From: Dehalococcoidia bacterium
GTDB lineage: Bacteria > Chloroflexota > Dehalococcoidia > Lucifugimonadales > UBA3495
Reading direction: 5' to 3'
Assembly (NCBI GenBank): GCA_041485445.1
Contig: JBGPJN010000002.1
Span: 1-47,030 of the forward strand
Length of the DNA: 47,030 nucleotides
A program made the translations under genes and the position numbers. The notes under the pieces were generated by a model that saw only the letters and a list, made by a program, of their open reading frames with translations, searched no databases and had not been told where the DNA came from. Below, piece by piece: positions 9,149 through 17,378 of this stretch. Within the stretch, counting starts at the first letter, position 1. Each line of letters begins with the position of its first letter.

Positions 9149-10828
9149 ATGGAAACACTGTTGGTCCGAGACACCATCCTCCAGCTGGTGGCCCAGGCCG
9201 TGGCCCACGCCCAGCGGGAAGGGGAGTTGCAGCTCCAGACCACCCCGGAGATCGAGGTGGACCGCCCCGCCAAGGGGCAGCACGGCGATTTCGCCACCAA
9301 CCTGCCCCTGCGGCTGGCCCGGGCCACCCGTCTCAACCCACTGAAGCTGGCGGAGAAGCTGGCTAGCTACATGCCGGCCAACGACGCGGTGGCCCAGGTG
9401 GTGGCCGCGCCGCCGGGGTTCATCAACTTCTACCTGCGGGAGCGCTGGCTGCAGGAGCAGGTGGAGCTGGTCCGCCAGGCCGGGGCCCAGTACGGTCGCG
9501 TGGCCATGGGCCAGGGGCGGCCGGTGATGGTGGAGTTCGTCAGCGTTAACCCCACCGGCCCGGTGCACGTGGGCCACACCCGGGGCGCGGTGCTGGGCAG
9601 CACCCTGGCCAACGTCCTTGACGCGGCGGGGTATGCGGTCACCCGCGAGTACTACGTCAACGACGCCGGCAGCCAGATGGAGGCGTTCTACCGGTCGGTG
9701 CTGGCCCGCTACCAGCAGGCCCTGGGCGTGGCCGCGGAGCTGCCCCCCAACGGCTACGTGGGCCAGTACGTAACTGACCTGGCCCAGGATATCGTCCAGT
9801 CCCATGGCCGCCGGTTCCTGGACCTGGACCAAGCCACCGCCATCAAGGAGATCGGCGACCTGGGCCGGGAGAAGATGGTCGGCCTCATCCGGGAGGACCT
9901 GGCGTTCATCGGAGTCACCTTCGACAACTGGTTCAGCGAGCGGTCCCTGTACCAGAGCGGCGAGTACCAGCAGGCGCTGGACTTGCTCCGGAAGCAGGGC
10001 TACCTCTCGGAGCGGGAGAACGCCCTGTGGTTCAACTCCACCCTGCTGGGCGACGACAAGGACAACGTGGTGGTGCGCTCCACCGGCGAGCCCACCTACT
10101 TTGCCTCGGACATCGCCTACCACCACAACAAGTTCATCGGGCGGGGGTTCCACAAGGTCATCAACATCTGGGGCGCCGACCACCAGGGCCACGTGCCCCG
10201 CATGAAGGCGGCGGTGGCGGCCCTGGGGGCCAACCCCGACGACCTCACCATCCTCATCGCTCAGATGGTCACCCTCAAGCGGGGCAAGGAGGTGGTGCGG
10301 GCCTCCAAGCGCACCGGCGAGTTTGTGACCCTGCGGGAGCTGGCCCAGGAGGTGGGCGTGGACGCCTGCCGCTACTTCTTCCTGGCCCGCAGCCCCGACG
10401 CCCAGATGGAGTTCGACCTGGAGCTGGCCAAGAAAGAGTCGGCGGAGAACCCCGCCTACTACATTCAGTACGCCCACGCCCGCAACGCCGGCATCCTGAA
10501 CCTGGCCCGCACCCGGGAGATCGACTGGAGCCAGGGCGACGTGACCCTGCTCAACGACCCCAACGAGCTCAACCTCATTCGCACCATGTTGCGGCTGCCC
10601 GAGCTGGTGGGCCAGATGGCCCGGTCGCTGGAGCCTCACCACCTGCCCCACTACGCCATGGAGCTGGCCACTGCCTTCCACTGGTTTTACGAAAACTGCC
10701 GGGTCATCTCCGCCAACGCCGAGGACAACGACCTGACCCTGGCCAGGTTGAAGCTGGTGGAGTCGGCCCACATTGTCCTTGGGCGCACCCTGGCGCTCAT
10801 GGGAATGGCCGCCCCGGAGCGCATGTGA
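9149..10828 (+). CDS. argS: Arginine--tRNA ligase
   Basis: Class I HIGH motif region (NPTGPVHVGHTRGAVLG), then EYYVNDAGSQ, a C-terminal anticodon-binding DALR-type region, and the ending RM. ATG 9149 was chosen as start. Confidence 0.95.
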   Translation: METLLVRDTILQLVAQAVAHAQREGELQLQTTPEIEVDRPAKGQHGDFATNLPLRLARATRLNPLKLAEKLASYMPANDAVAQVVAAPPGFINFYLRERWLQEQVELVRQAGAQYGRVAMGQGRPVMVEFVSVNPTGPVHVGHTRGAVLGSTLANVLDAAGYAVTREYYVNDAGSQMEAFYRSVLARYQQALGVAAELPPNGYVGQYVTDLAQDIVQSHGRRFLDLDQATAIKEIGDLGREKMVGLIREDLAFIGVTFDNWFSERSLYQSGEYQQALDLLRKQGYLSERENALWFNSTLLGDDKDNVVVRSTGEPTYFASDIAYHHNKFIGRGFHKVINIWGADHQGHVPRMKAAVAALGANPDDLTILIAQMVTLKRGKEVVRASKRTGEFVTLRELAQEVGVDACRYFFLARSPDAQMEFDLELAKKESAENPAYYIQYAHARNAGILNLARTREIDWSQGDVTLLNDPNELNLIRTMLRLPELVGQMARSLEPHHLPHYAMELATAFHWFYENCRVISANAEDNDLTLARLKLVESAHIVLGRTLALMGMAAPERM

Positions 10829-10855
10829 ACCCCGGCGGTCCCCCCGCCTCCCTGC

Positions 10856-10886
10856 GTCGCCTGCTTTGTGCAGGCGACTTCTGTTT
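10856..10886 (+). terminator. Intrinsic terminator after argS
   Basis: GTCGCCTGC-TTTGT-GCAGGCGAC (9-bp stem) followed by TTCTGTTTA. Confidence 0.6.
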
Positions 10887-11006
10887 ATAGCCGCTTCCCG
10901 ATACCTCGCGCCGTGCAAGGTTTCACGGACTATAACCTGCACTTATAGCTGCCATAATGCTTTTTACGATAGACGTAACTGAATGGCTGATATAAGTAAA
11001 AAAGTA

Positions 11007-11035
11007 TTGATTGTGAAGCAAAATCAGACTACACT
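11007..11035 (+). promoter_or_regulatory. Sigma-70-type promoter candidate for the selenoprotein operon
   Basis: TTGATT-17 nt-TACACT in the only AT-rich stretch upstream of 11092. An AGGAGG ribosome-binding site lies at about 11078. Confidence 0.5.
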
Positions 11036-11091
11036 TTCTGTCGTAGGTCAAAGAGGCGACGGATAACGGCTTCGGTAAAGGAGGAACAGGC

Positions 11092-11868
11092 ATGGCTACC
11101 CAGGTCGCGCCAGACATTGAAGTTTTGCGGCGGGAGGTGCAGCACAAATACACCGAGGTGGCGACCAGGCCGGAGCAGACCTTCCACTTCCACCACGGCC
11201 GGCCCCTGGCCCAGCTCCTGGGCTATCCCATGAACATGGTTGACGCCATGCCGGCCCAAGCGGTGGAGTCCTTTGCCGGAGTGGGCAACCCCTGTGGCCT
11301 GGGGGACATGCGCCCTGGGGAGACGGTGCTGGACGTGGGATGCGGCGGCGGCTTCGACAGCGTCATCGCTGCCCAGGCGGTGGGGCCAACGGGCAAAGTC
11401 ATCGGGGTGGATATGACCCAGGCTATGCTGAAGAAGGCTCGAGCCACCGCTCGTCAGATGGCATTGAAGCAGGTGGAGTTCCGCCGTGGCTTCGCCGAGG
11501 AGTTGCCCATTCCCGACGCCTCGGTGGACGTGGTCATCTCCAACGGTGTGATTAACCTGTGCCCGGATAAGCACCGGGTCTTTGCCGAGGTCTTCAGGAC
11601 TCTCAAGCCCGGCGGCCGTCTCTATCTGGCGGACATTGTGTTGCATAAGGCGGTACCCGATGGCGCCAAGGCCAACGTAGACCTGTGGACTGCTTGAATC
11701 GGCGGCGCTCTCCTGGAGGGAGAGTACCTGGATGCCATCCAGCGGGCCGGGTTCGTGGATGTGGAGTTGGTATCCACCGCGGATGTTTTCGCTGGGTCCG
11801 GCGGGGAGGGCAACGCCCACGCTTTTGGAACGGTGGGGGCCAACATCAGGGCCCGCAAGCCAGCCTAG
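11092..11868 (+). CDS. ArsM-like SAM-dependent methyltransferase with in-frame UGA, predicted selenocysteine at codon 202
   Basis: GETVLDVGCGGGFD is the SAM motif and VVISNGVINL is the ArsM-type motif. The track ORF stops at TGA 11695-11697, but the frame stays open to TAG 11866-11868. The extension encodes IGGALLEGEYLDAIQRAGFVDVELV, which continues the ArsM fold. The TGA sits where ArsM has the conserved Cys of W.GC.AGAL. Confidence 0.75.
11708..11724 (+). promoter_or_regulatory. Candidate bacterial SECIS hairpin for the methyltransferase UGA
   Basis: CTCTCC-TGGAG-GGAGAG has a 6-bp stem and a G-rich apical loop. It starts 11 nt after the UGA. Confidence 0.45.
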
Positions 11869-11922
11869 GGACGGTGCTGGGAATCAAGGGACCAACCAAA
11901 TTTACTTCGTATGGAGAAACCA

Positions 11923-12285
11923 ATGGCGAGAATACTATACATAGGGACTCACGGGACCGATGATCCAACCAATGCCACATTCCCCTTTCTGATGGCCAAG
12001 GGTGCTATTGAGGGGGGGCACGAGACGGGCATCATTCTCCAAGGAGAAGCTGCGCCGTTAATCAAAGATACCATCGCCGCGCAGGTTCACGGGGTCGGCA
12101 TTCCGCCCCTGAAGGAGTTGATGGACTTCCTCGTTGCACGCAAAGTCCGGATTTCTGTTTGAGGACTCTGTGGCCGTGCCCGTGGGGTCACGGAAAAGGA
12201 CTTTGAAGGGAAGAACAGCGGCTTTGGCACCCCAGTCGATGCGGCGAAGGCGCACGCTGAATACGACCGGGTGGTGAGCTACTAG
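11923..12285 (+). CDS. DsrE/DsrF-like family protein with in-frame UGA, predicted selenocysteine in a UGLC (UxxC) motif
   Basis: MARILYIGTHGTDDP...GHETGIILQGEAAPL is DsrE-like. The track ORF ends at TGA 12160-12162, and the same frame continues for 40 codons (GLCGRARGVTEKDFEGK...DRVVSY) to TAG 12283-12285. GGAG lies 8 nt before ATG 11923. Confidence 0.7.
12174..12193 (+). promoter_or_regulatory. Candidate bacterial SECIS hairpin for the DsrE-like UGA
   Basis: CCGUG-CCC-GUG-GGG-U-CACGG forms 5+3 bp with a bulged U and a GU-containing apical loop. It starts 12 nt after the UGA. Confidence 0.45.
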
Positions 12286-12311
12286 CGCCCGCGCTCCGCA
12301 CGGAGACCGCC

Positions 12312-12339
12312 AAGGCCCTGCCAGTAATAGCGGGGCCTT
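12312..12339 (+). terminator. Possible terminator after the selenoprotein operon
   Basis: AAGGCCC-(14 nt)-GGGCCTT followed by TGAATT. The T-tract is weak. Confidence 0.3.
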
Positions 12340-12349
12340 TGAATTGCCC

Positions 12350-12473
12350 CAGGGTCGTTTCATTCTCCCCAAAGTAGGGCAGACACATGTGTCTGCCCTA
12401 CGGCTGGAGGAGCAGACCAGGGCGCACACGCAGGTGCGCCCCTATAGGCAGACCCAAGAATAAAACGACCCTG
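12350..12473. repeat. MITE-like palindromic element, copy B
   Basis: Termini are CAGGGTCGTTTCATTCTC and GAATAAAACGACCCTG. The interior hairpins GGGCAGACAC-ATGTGTCTGCCC and GGGCGCAC-ACGCAG-GTGCGCCC are nearly identical to copy D. Confidence 0.7.
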
Positions 12474-12493
12474 TTGAGTTGGCCAGCTTGCCC

Positions 12494-12522
12494 TTGAATC
12501 TCAGGCGTATCGGGCGTAAGAT
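12494..12522 (+). promoter_or_regulatory. Promoter candidate for the ABC exporter pair
   Basis: TTGAAT-17 nt-TAAGAT. This would give a very short leader before ATG 12539. Confidence 0.4.
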
Positions 12523-12538
12523 AGCCTTTAGTGCGTAA

Positions 12539-14317
12539 ATGAGCATCCTACTCCGAATCACCCGAATGACCTGGCGGTACCCCTTCCGCCTGTCCTTCGC
12601 CTACATAACCCTGGTGCTGTCCGTGGTGGCCACGCTGGCCATTCCCCGGGTGCTGGGCCGCGCGGTGGACGGCATCGTCGGCGGGGCGGACCGCGGGCAC
12701 CTGATGACGCTGGCCCTGCTGCTGTTGGGGATCAGCGTCCTGCGTGGTATCTTCGACTTCGGGCGCATCTACTTCGCCGATTCCACCTCCCACCGGGTTA
12801 CTTACGACTTGCGCAACCTCCTCTACGACAAGTGGCAGCACCTGAGCTTTGCCTACCACGACAAGGAGCACACCGGCGACCTGATGTCCCGCGCCACCGC
12901 GGACGTGGAGTCGGTGCGCCGCTTCATCAACCTGGGACTGCTGCGCTCGGTGCACATGACCCTGATGATGATCGTAATCTGCGTACTGATGCTGCGGGTG
13001 AACTGGCAGCTCGCCCTGCTGAGCCTGAGCTTTGCGCCCTTCATGATGGCCCGCTCCACCATGGTGGTGTACACCCTGCGCCGCTCCTGGGCCCGGGTCC
13101 AGCAGTTGACCGGTGAACTGGTCACCGCCCTGCAGGAGAACCTGTCGGGCATGGCCGTGGTCAAGGCCTTTGCCGCAGAAACCTTCGAAGAGAAGAAGTT
13201 CTCCGCCAAGACCCGGGACTTGGCCGACGCCAGCTTTCGCTCCGACCGCATCGAGGCCGGCAACAACGCCACCACCACCTTCTTCTTCACCCTGGCCACC
13301 GGGCTCATCATCTGGTATGGAGGGGCGCAGGTGGTCAAGGGCGACCTAACCCTGGGCCAGTTCACTCAGTTCATTTTCTGGATGAGCATGCTGAACCAGC
13401 CCATCCGCATGTCCGCCTGGATCATCAACACCTTCGCCCGGGCGGTGTCGGCGGGGGAACGGGTCTTTCAGGTGCTGGACGCCCGGTCGCCGGTGAGTGA
13501 GCGCACCGACGCCCGGGCCCTGGCGCGTCCCCGGGGCCAGGTGGATTTTGACCACGTGTCCTTCGGCTACGACGCCGTCTCTCCGGTGCTCAAGGACGTG
13601 GACATCCACGCCCGGCCGGGGCAGGTGACGGCCATCCTGGGGGCGCCGGGCAGCGGCAAGAGCACCATTGTCCATCTGCTGCCCCGCTTCTATGACCCCA
13701 CGGAGGGCGCCGTGCGCCTGGACGGCGCCGACATTCGGGAGTTCACCCTGGACTCCCTGCGCCGCCACGTGGGTATTGTGGCCCAGGACGTGTTCCTGTT
13801 CGCCGCTACTATCCGGGAGAACATCGCCTACGGGGTGGCCGACGCCACCGAGGAGGACGTGGTGCGGGCGGCCAAGACCGCCCAGCTTCACGACTTCATC
13901 ATGAGCCTGGATGATGGGTATGACACCTGGGTGGGCGAGCGCGGCGCCACCCTCTCGGGCGGCCAGCGCCAGCGCATGGCCATTGCCCGCACCATCCTGC
14001 TGGACCCCCCGGTGCTGATCCTGGACGACTCCACCTCCAGCGTGGACGTGGAGACGGAGCGCCAGATCCGGCAGGCCATGCGGCAGGTGGTGGCAGGGCG
14101 CACCACCTTTATCATCGCCCACCGGCTGAGCACCGTCCGCCACGCGGACCACATCCTGGTGATGCAGGACGGAGTTATCGCCGAGCAGGGCAGCCACGAG
14201 GAGCTTTACGCCCGCAGTGGCCTGTACCGCAACATCTACGAGTTGCAGCTCAAGCCGCAGGAGGAGATCCTGCTGGAGGCCGCCTCCCCCCTGAGCGCCG
14301 CCGGAGGGAACGCCTGA
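12539..14317 (+). CDS. ABC exporter, fused permease/ATPase subunit (MdlA/type-I exporter half-transporter)
   Basis: 6-TM domain followed by Walker A GAPGSGKST, signature LSGGQRQR and Walker B LILDDSTS. The stop overlaps the next start (TGATG). Confidence 0.9.
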   Translation: MSILLRITRMTWRYPFRLSFAYITLVLSVVATLAIPRVLGRAVDGIVGGADRGHLMTLALLLLGISVLRGIFDFGRIYFADSTSHRVTYDLRNLLYDKWQHLSFAYHDKEHTGDLMSRATADVESVRRFINLGLLRSVHMTLMMIVICVLMLRVNWQLALLSLSFAPFMMARSTMVVYTLRRSWARVQQLTGELVTALQENLSGMAVVKAFAAETFEEKKFSAKTRDLADASFRSDRIEAGNNATTTFFFTLATGLIIWYGGAQVVKGDLTLGQFTQFIFWMSMLNQPIRMSAWIINTFARAVSAGERVFQVLDARSPVSERTDARALARPRGQVDFDHVSFGYDAVSPVLKDVDIHARPGQVTAILGAPGSGKSTIVHLLPRFYDPTEGAVRLDGADIREFTLDSLRRHVGIVAQDVFLFAATIRENIAYGVADATEEDVVRAAKTAQLHDFIMSLDDGYDTWVGERGATLSGGQRQRMAIARTILLDPPVLILDDSTSSVDVETERQIRQAMRQVVAGRTTFIIAHRLSTVRHADHILVMQDGVIAEQGSHEELYARSGLYRNIYELQLKPQEEILLEAASPLSAAGGNA

Positions 14318-16281
14318 TGCAGATGCACGGCGGCGGCGGGGGCATGGGCTTCGGCATCAGCGGCTCCGCGGAGCGCACCGGCGGGGCGGGCTCGGCGGTC
14401 AAGGTTGCCGACGACGAGATCCTGGGCAAGGCCTACGACCATAGTGTCACCATGCGCCTGGCCCGGTACGTGTTGCCTTTCAAGAAGTGGGCGCTCATCA
14501 CCCTGGTGGCGGTGGTGCTGTACACCGGCGCCACGGTAACCTTCCCGCTGCTGGTCAAGTGGGCCATTGACTCCTACATCAAGCCCGGGGTGACCGCGGG
14601 CCAGGTCGCGGGCCTCCACAAGGTGGCGCTGATCTTCCTGGCGGTGGCCCTGGTCCACTACGGCTCCAACTTCGTGCAGGCGGCGTCCATCTCCAAGGTG
14701 GGCCAGGGTGTGCTCTACACCATGCGCACCCAGATGTTCAACCACCTGCAAACCCTCTCGCTGTCCTTCTTCCGGCGCACGGAGGTCGGCCGCATCATGT
14801 CCCGGATGCAGAACGACATCCTCCAGCTCCAGGAAACCTTCGAGATCATGGTGATGACCCTGGCCGACATCCTGAGCCTGGGGGGCATCGTCGTCATGAT
14901 GGTCATCCTGGACTGGAAGCTGGCGCTGATCACCTTCAGCGTCATCCCGGTGCTGTTCTTCCTCATGGCCTACTGGCAGCGGTTTGCCCGGCGCTCCTTC
15001 CTGCGCATCCGGCGGGCCATCGCCCTGGTCAACGGCGCACTGCAGGAGAACATCGCCGGCGTACGGGTGGTGCAGAGCCTGAACCGGCAGAAGCGCAACC
15101 TGGAGCAGTTTGACGCGTTGAACCGGGAGCACCGGGACGCCAACATTCACGCCACCCTCTTTGCCGGCGGGGTGCAGCCGCTGGTGGAGCTGCTTACGGG
15201 AACCTCCACCGCCCTGGTCATCGTCGTCGGCGGCTGGTGGGTGGTCAACGGGTCGTTGCAGGTGGGGGTGCTGGTGGCCTTCGTGCTGTTCATCCAGCGG
15301 TTCTTCGACCCCATCCGCAACCTGACCATGCAGTACACCCAGCTCCAGCGGTCCATGGCTTCCGGGGTACGCATCTTTGAGCTGCTGGACGTACAGCCCG
15401 AGGTGACGGACCAACCCGGCGCCCCGGCCATGCCGCCCGTTCAAGGCCACATCAAGTTTGAGGACGTGGACTTTGCCTACAAGCCGGGCGTGCCGGTGCT
15501 GCAGAATGTGAACATTGACGTGCGGCCGGGGGAGACGGTGGCCCTGGTGGGCCCCACTGGCGCGGGCAAGACCACCACCGTGGCGCTGGTTAGCCGCTTC
15601 TATGACGTGACCAGCGGCCGCATCACCATTGACGGCCATGACGTGCGCGACGTGACCCGAGCCTCCCTGGTGGGCCAGATGAGCATGGTGCTGCAGGAGC
15701 CGTTCCTGATCTCCGCCACGGTGAAGGAGAACATCCGCTACTCCCACACCGAGGCCACCGACGAGAAAGTGGTGGAGGCGGCCAAGGCGGTGGGGGCCCA
15801 CGACTTCATCATGCGCCTGGAGCAGGGCTACGACACCATGCTGCGGGAGCGGGGCAGCAACCTGAGCATCGGCCAGCGGCAGCTCATCAGCTTTGCCCGG
15901 GCCATCGTGGCCGACCCGCGCATCCTCATACTGGACGAGGCCACCGCCAACGTGGACACCTACACCGAGATGCTGATCCAGGAGGCCCTGAAGCGCATCC
16001 TGGTGGGACGCACCTCCCTGGTCATCGCCCACCGGCTGTCCACCATCCGCAACGCCGACCGCATCGTGGTGCTGGACCACGGGCGGGTGATTGAGCAGGG
16101 CAACCACTGGGAGCTGTTGCGCCTGGGCGGTCTCTACGCCCACCTCTACTCCATGAACTACGGCGACGAGGGCGTGGCGGCGGAGCTGTCCCGCAACGGG
16201 ACTGGCCCGGTGTCGCCGGAGATGTCCCGCAACGGCGGGAGCCCCGGCGCGGTGGCGCCCAGCCCGGCGGTGGGTGACTGA
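14317..16281 (+). CDS. ABC exporter, fused permease/ATPase subunit (MdlB-like partner)
   Basis: Walker A GPTGAGKTT, signature LSIGQRQL, Walker B LILDEATA. It has a Gly-rich N-terminus and an extra C-terminal tail. Confidence 0.9.
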   Translation: MQMHGGGGGMGFGISGSAERTGGAGSAVKVADDEILGKAYDHSVTMRLARYVLPFKKWALITLVAVVLYTGATVTFPLLVKWAIDSYIKPGVTAGQVAGLHKVALIFLAVALVHYGSNFVQAASISKVGQGVLYTMRTQMFNHLQTLSLSFFRRTEVGRIMSRMQNDILQLQETFEIMVMTLADILSLGGIVVMMVILDWKLALITFSVIPVLFFLMAYWQRFARRSFLRIRRAIALVNGALQENIAGVRVVQSLNRQKRNLEQFDALNREHRDANIHATLFAGGVQPLVELLTGTSTALVIVVGGWWVVNGSLQVGVLVAFVLFIQRFFDPIRNLTMQYTQLQRSMASGVRIFELLDVQPEVTDQPGAPAMPPVQGHIKFEDVDFAYKPGVPVLQNVNIDVRPGETVALVGPTGAGKTTTVALVSRFYDVTSGRITIDGHDVRDVTRASLVGQMSMVLQEPFLISATVKENIRYSHTEATDEKVVEAAKAVGAHDFIMRLEQGYDTMLRERGSNLSIGQRQLISFARAIVADPRILILDEATANVDTYTEMLIQEALKRILVGRTSLVIAHRLSTIRNADRIVVLDHGRVIEQGNHWELLRLGGLYAHLYSMNYGDEGVAAELSRNGTGPVSPEMSRNGGSPGAVAPSPAVGD

Positions 16282-16332
16282 AGCATATCCTGAGAAGCAG
16301 TCTCAGAACTTGGTAAGATCATCGGCCACAAT

Positions 16333-16361
16333 GTAGGGGCGGGTTTTAAACCCGCCCCTAC
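16333..16361. terminator. Palindrome between convergent genes (candidate bidirectional terminator)
   Basis: GTAGGGGCGGGTTT-T-AAACCCGCCCCTAC has 14-nt perfect arms. It lies between the stops at 16281 (+) and 16392 (-). Confidence 0.5.
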
Positions 16362-16391
16362 ACGTTGCCCCAAATCCGGCCCGCCACCCCC

Positions 16392-17378
16392 TCAGTACAG
16401 GTGGCAGGACACCTCGTGGTCCGGCTTCAACTCCTTCAGCATCGGCAGCTCCTGGGAGCAGCGGTCCATCACGAAGGGGCAGCGCGGGTGGAAGGCGCAC
16501 CCGGAGGGCGGGTTCAAGGGCGAGGGGATCTCGCCGCTCAGCACAATGTCCTCTCGCTGGATGTCCGGGTGGCTGGGCAGCGCCGCGGAGATGAGGGCCT
16601 TGGTGTAGGGGTGCATGGGGTTGTTGAACAGCTCCCGGGTGGGCGCCTGCTCCACAATCTTCCCCAGGTACATCACCCCCACGTTGTGGCTCATGTACCG
16701 CACCGTCGCCAGGTTGTGGGCGATGAGCAGGTAGGCCACGCCGTAGCGCTCCTGCAGATCGCGCAGCAGGTTCATGATCTGGGCGCGGATGGACACGTCC
16801 AGGGCCGACACCGGCTCGTCCAGGACGATGAGCTTGGGTTGCAGCGACAGCGCCCGGGCGATGGCGATGCGCTGGCGCTGCCCGCCGCTGAATTCATGGG
16901 GGTAGTAGTCCCCCTGGAAGCTGTGCAGGCCCACCTCCTCCAGCAGGGACTCCAGCTTCTCCTTGGCCTCCCCCTTGTCCAGCTTCTGGTTGGTCAGCAG
17001 CGGCTCCAGGATGATGGACCCCACCCGCATGCGGGGGTTCAGGGAGCTCCAGGGGTCCTGGAACACCGCCTGGACCGAGGCCCGGTACTCCCGGTACTCC
17101 TCCGAGCGAAACCCCGCCAGGTCTTTCCCCTGGAACTTGATAATACCGGAAGTGGGCTTCTCCACCTGCAGTATCATCTTGGCGGTGGTGGTCTTGCCGC
17201 ACCCCGATTCTCCCACCAGGCTGTACGTCTCACCCTGCTTGATCTTGAAGGAGATACCGTCCACCGCCTTGACGTGGCCGATGGTCTTCCGCATCACCAC
17301 CCCCCGGGAGACCGGGAAGTACTTCTGACACTTTTCCACCGAGATGACCGCCTCGGTGGCTGCTCCATTCTGACTCAT
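16392..17378 (-). CDS. Peptide ABC transporter ATP-binding protein (OppF/DppF-type)
   Basis: Walker A GESGCGKTT, signature FSGGQRQR, and a C-terminal oligopeptide-type extension (HPYT..L). ATG 17378 overlaps the upstream stop (ATGA). Confidence 0.9.
   Translation of the reverse strand: MSQNGAATEAVISVEKCQKYFPVSRGVVMRKTIGHVKAVDGISFKIKQGETYSLVGESGCGKTTTAKMILQVEKPTSGIIKFQGKDLAGFRSEEYREYRASVQAVFQDPWSSLNPRMRVGSIILEPLLTNQKLDKGEAKEKLESLLEEVGLHSFQGDYYPHEFSGGQRQRIAIARALSLQPKLIVLDEPVSALDVSIRAQIMNLLRDLQERYGVAYLLIAHNLATVRYMSHNVGVMYLGKIVEQAPTRELFNNPMHPYTKALISAALPSHPDIQREDIVLSGEIPSPLNPPSGCAFHPRCPFVMDRCSQELPMLKELKPDHEVSCHLY

Noticed and set aside
8603-10942. 779-aa ORF antisense to argS and the VOC gene
   Set aside because: No family signature and biased G/L/V/H/A/R composition. 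The opposite strand encodes an unmistakable arginyl-tRNA synthetase.
12350-12473. CRISPR array hypothesis for the recurring hairpin repeats
   Set aside because: The copies are tens of kilobases apart, not in regularly spaced arrays. They have terminal inverted repeats instead of direct repeats with unique spacers, and no cas genes are present.
14236-16143. 635-aa ORF antisense to the second ABC exporter gene
   Set aside because: Antisense shadow of a gene with Walker A/B and ABC signature motifs. Its own sequence is a low-complexity run of H/G/D/Q/V.
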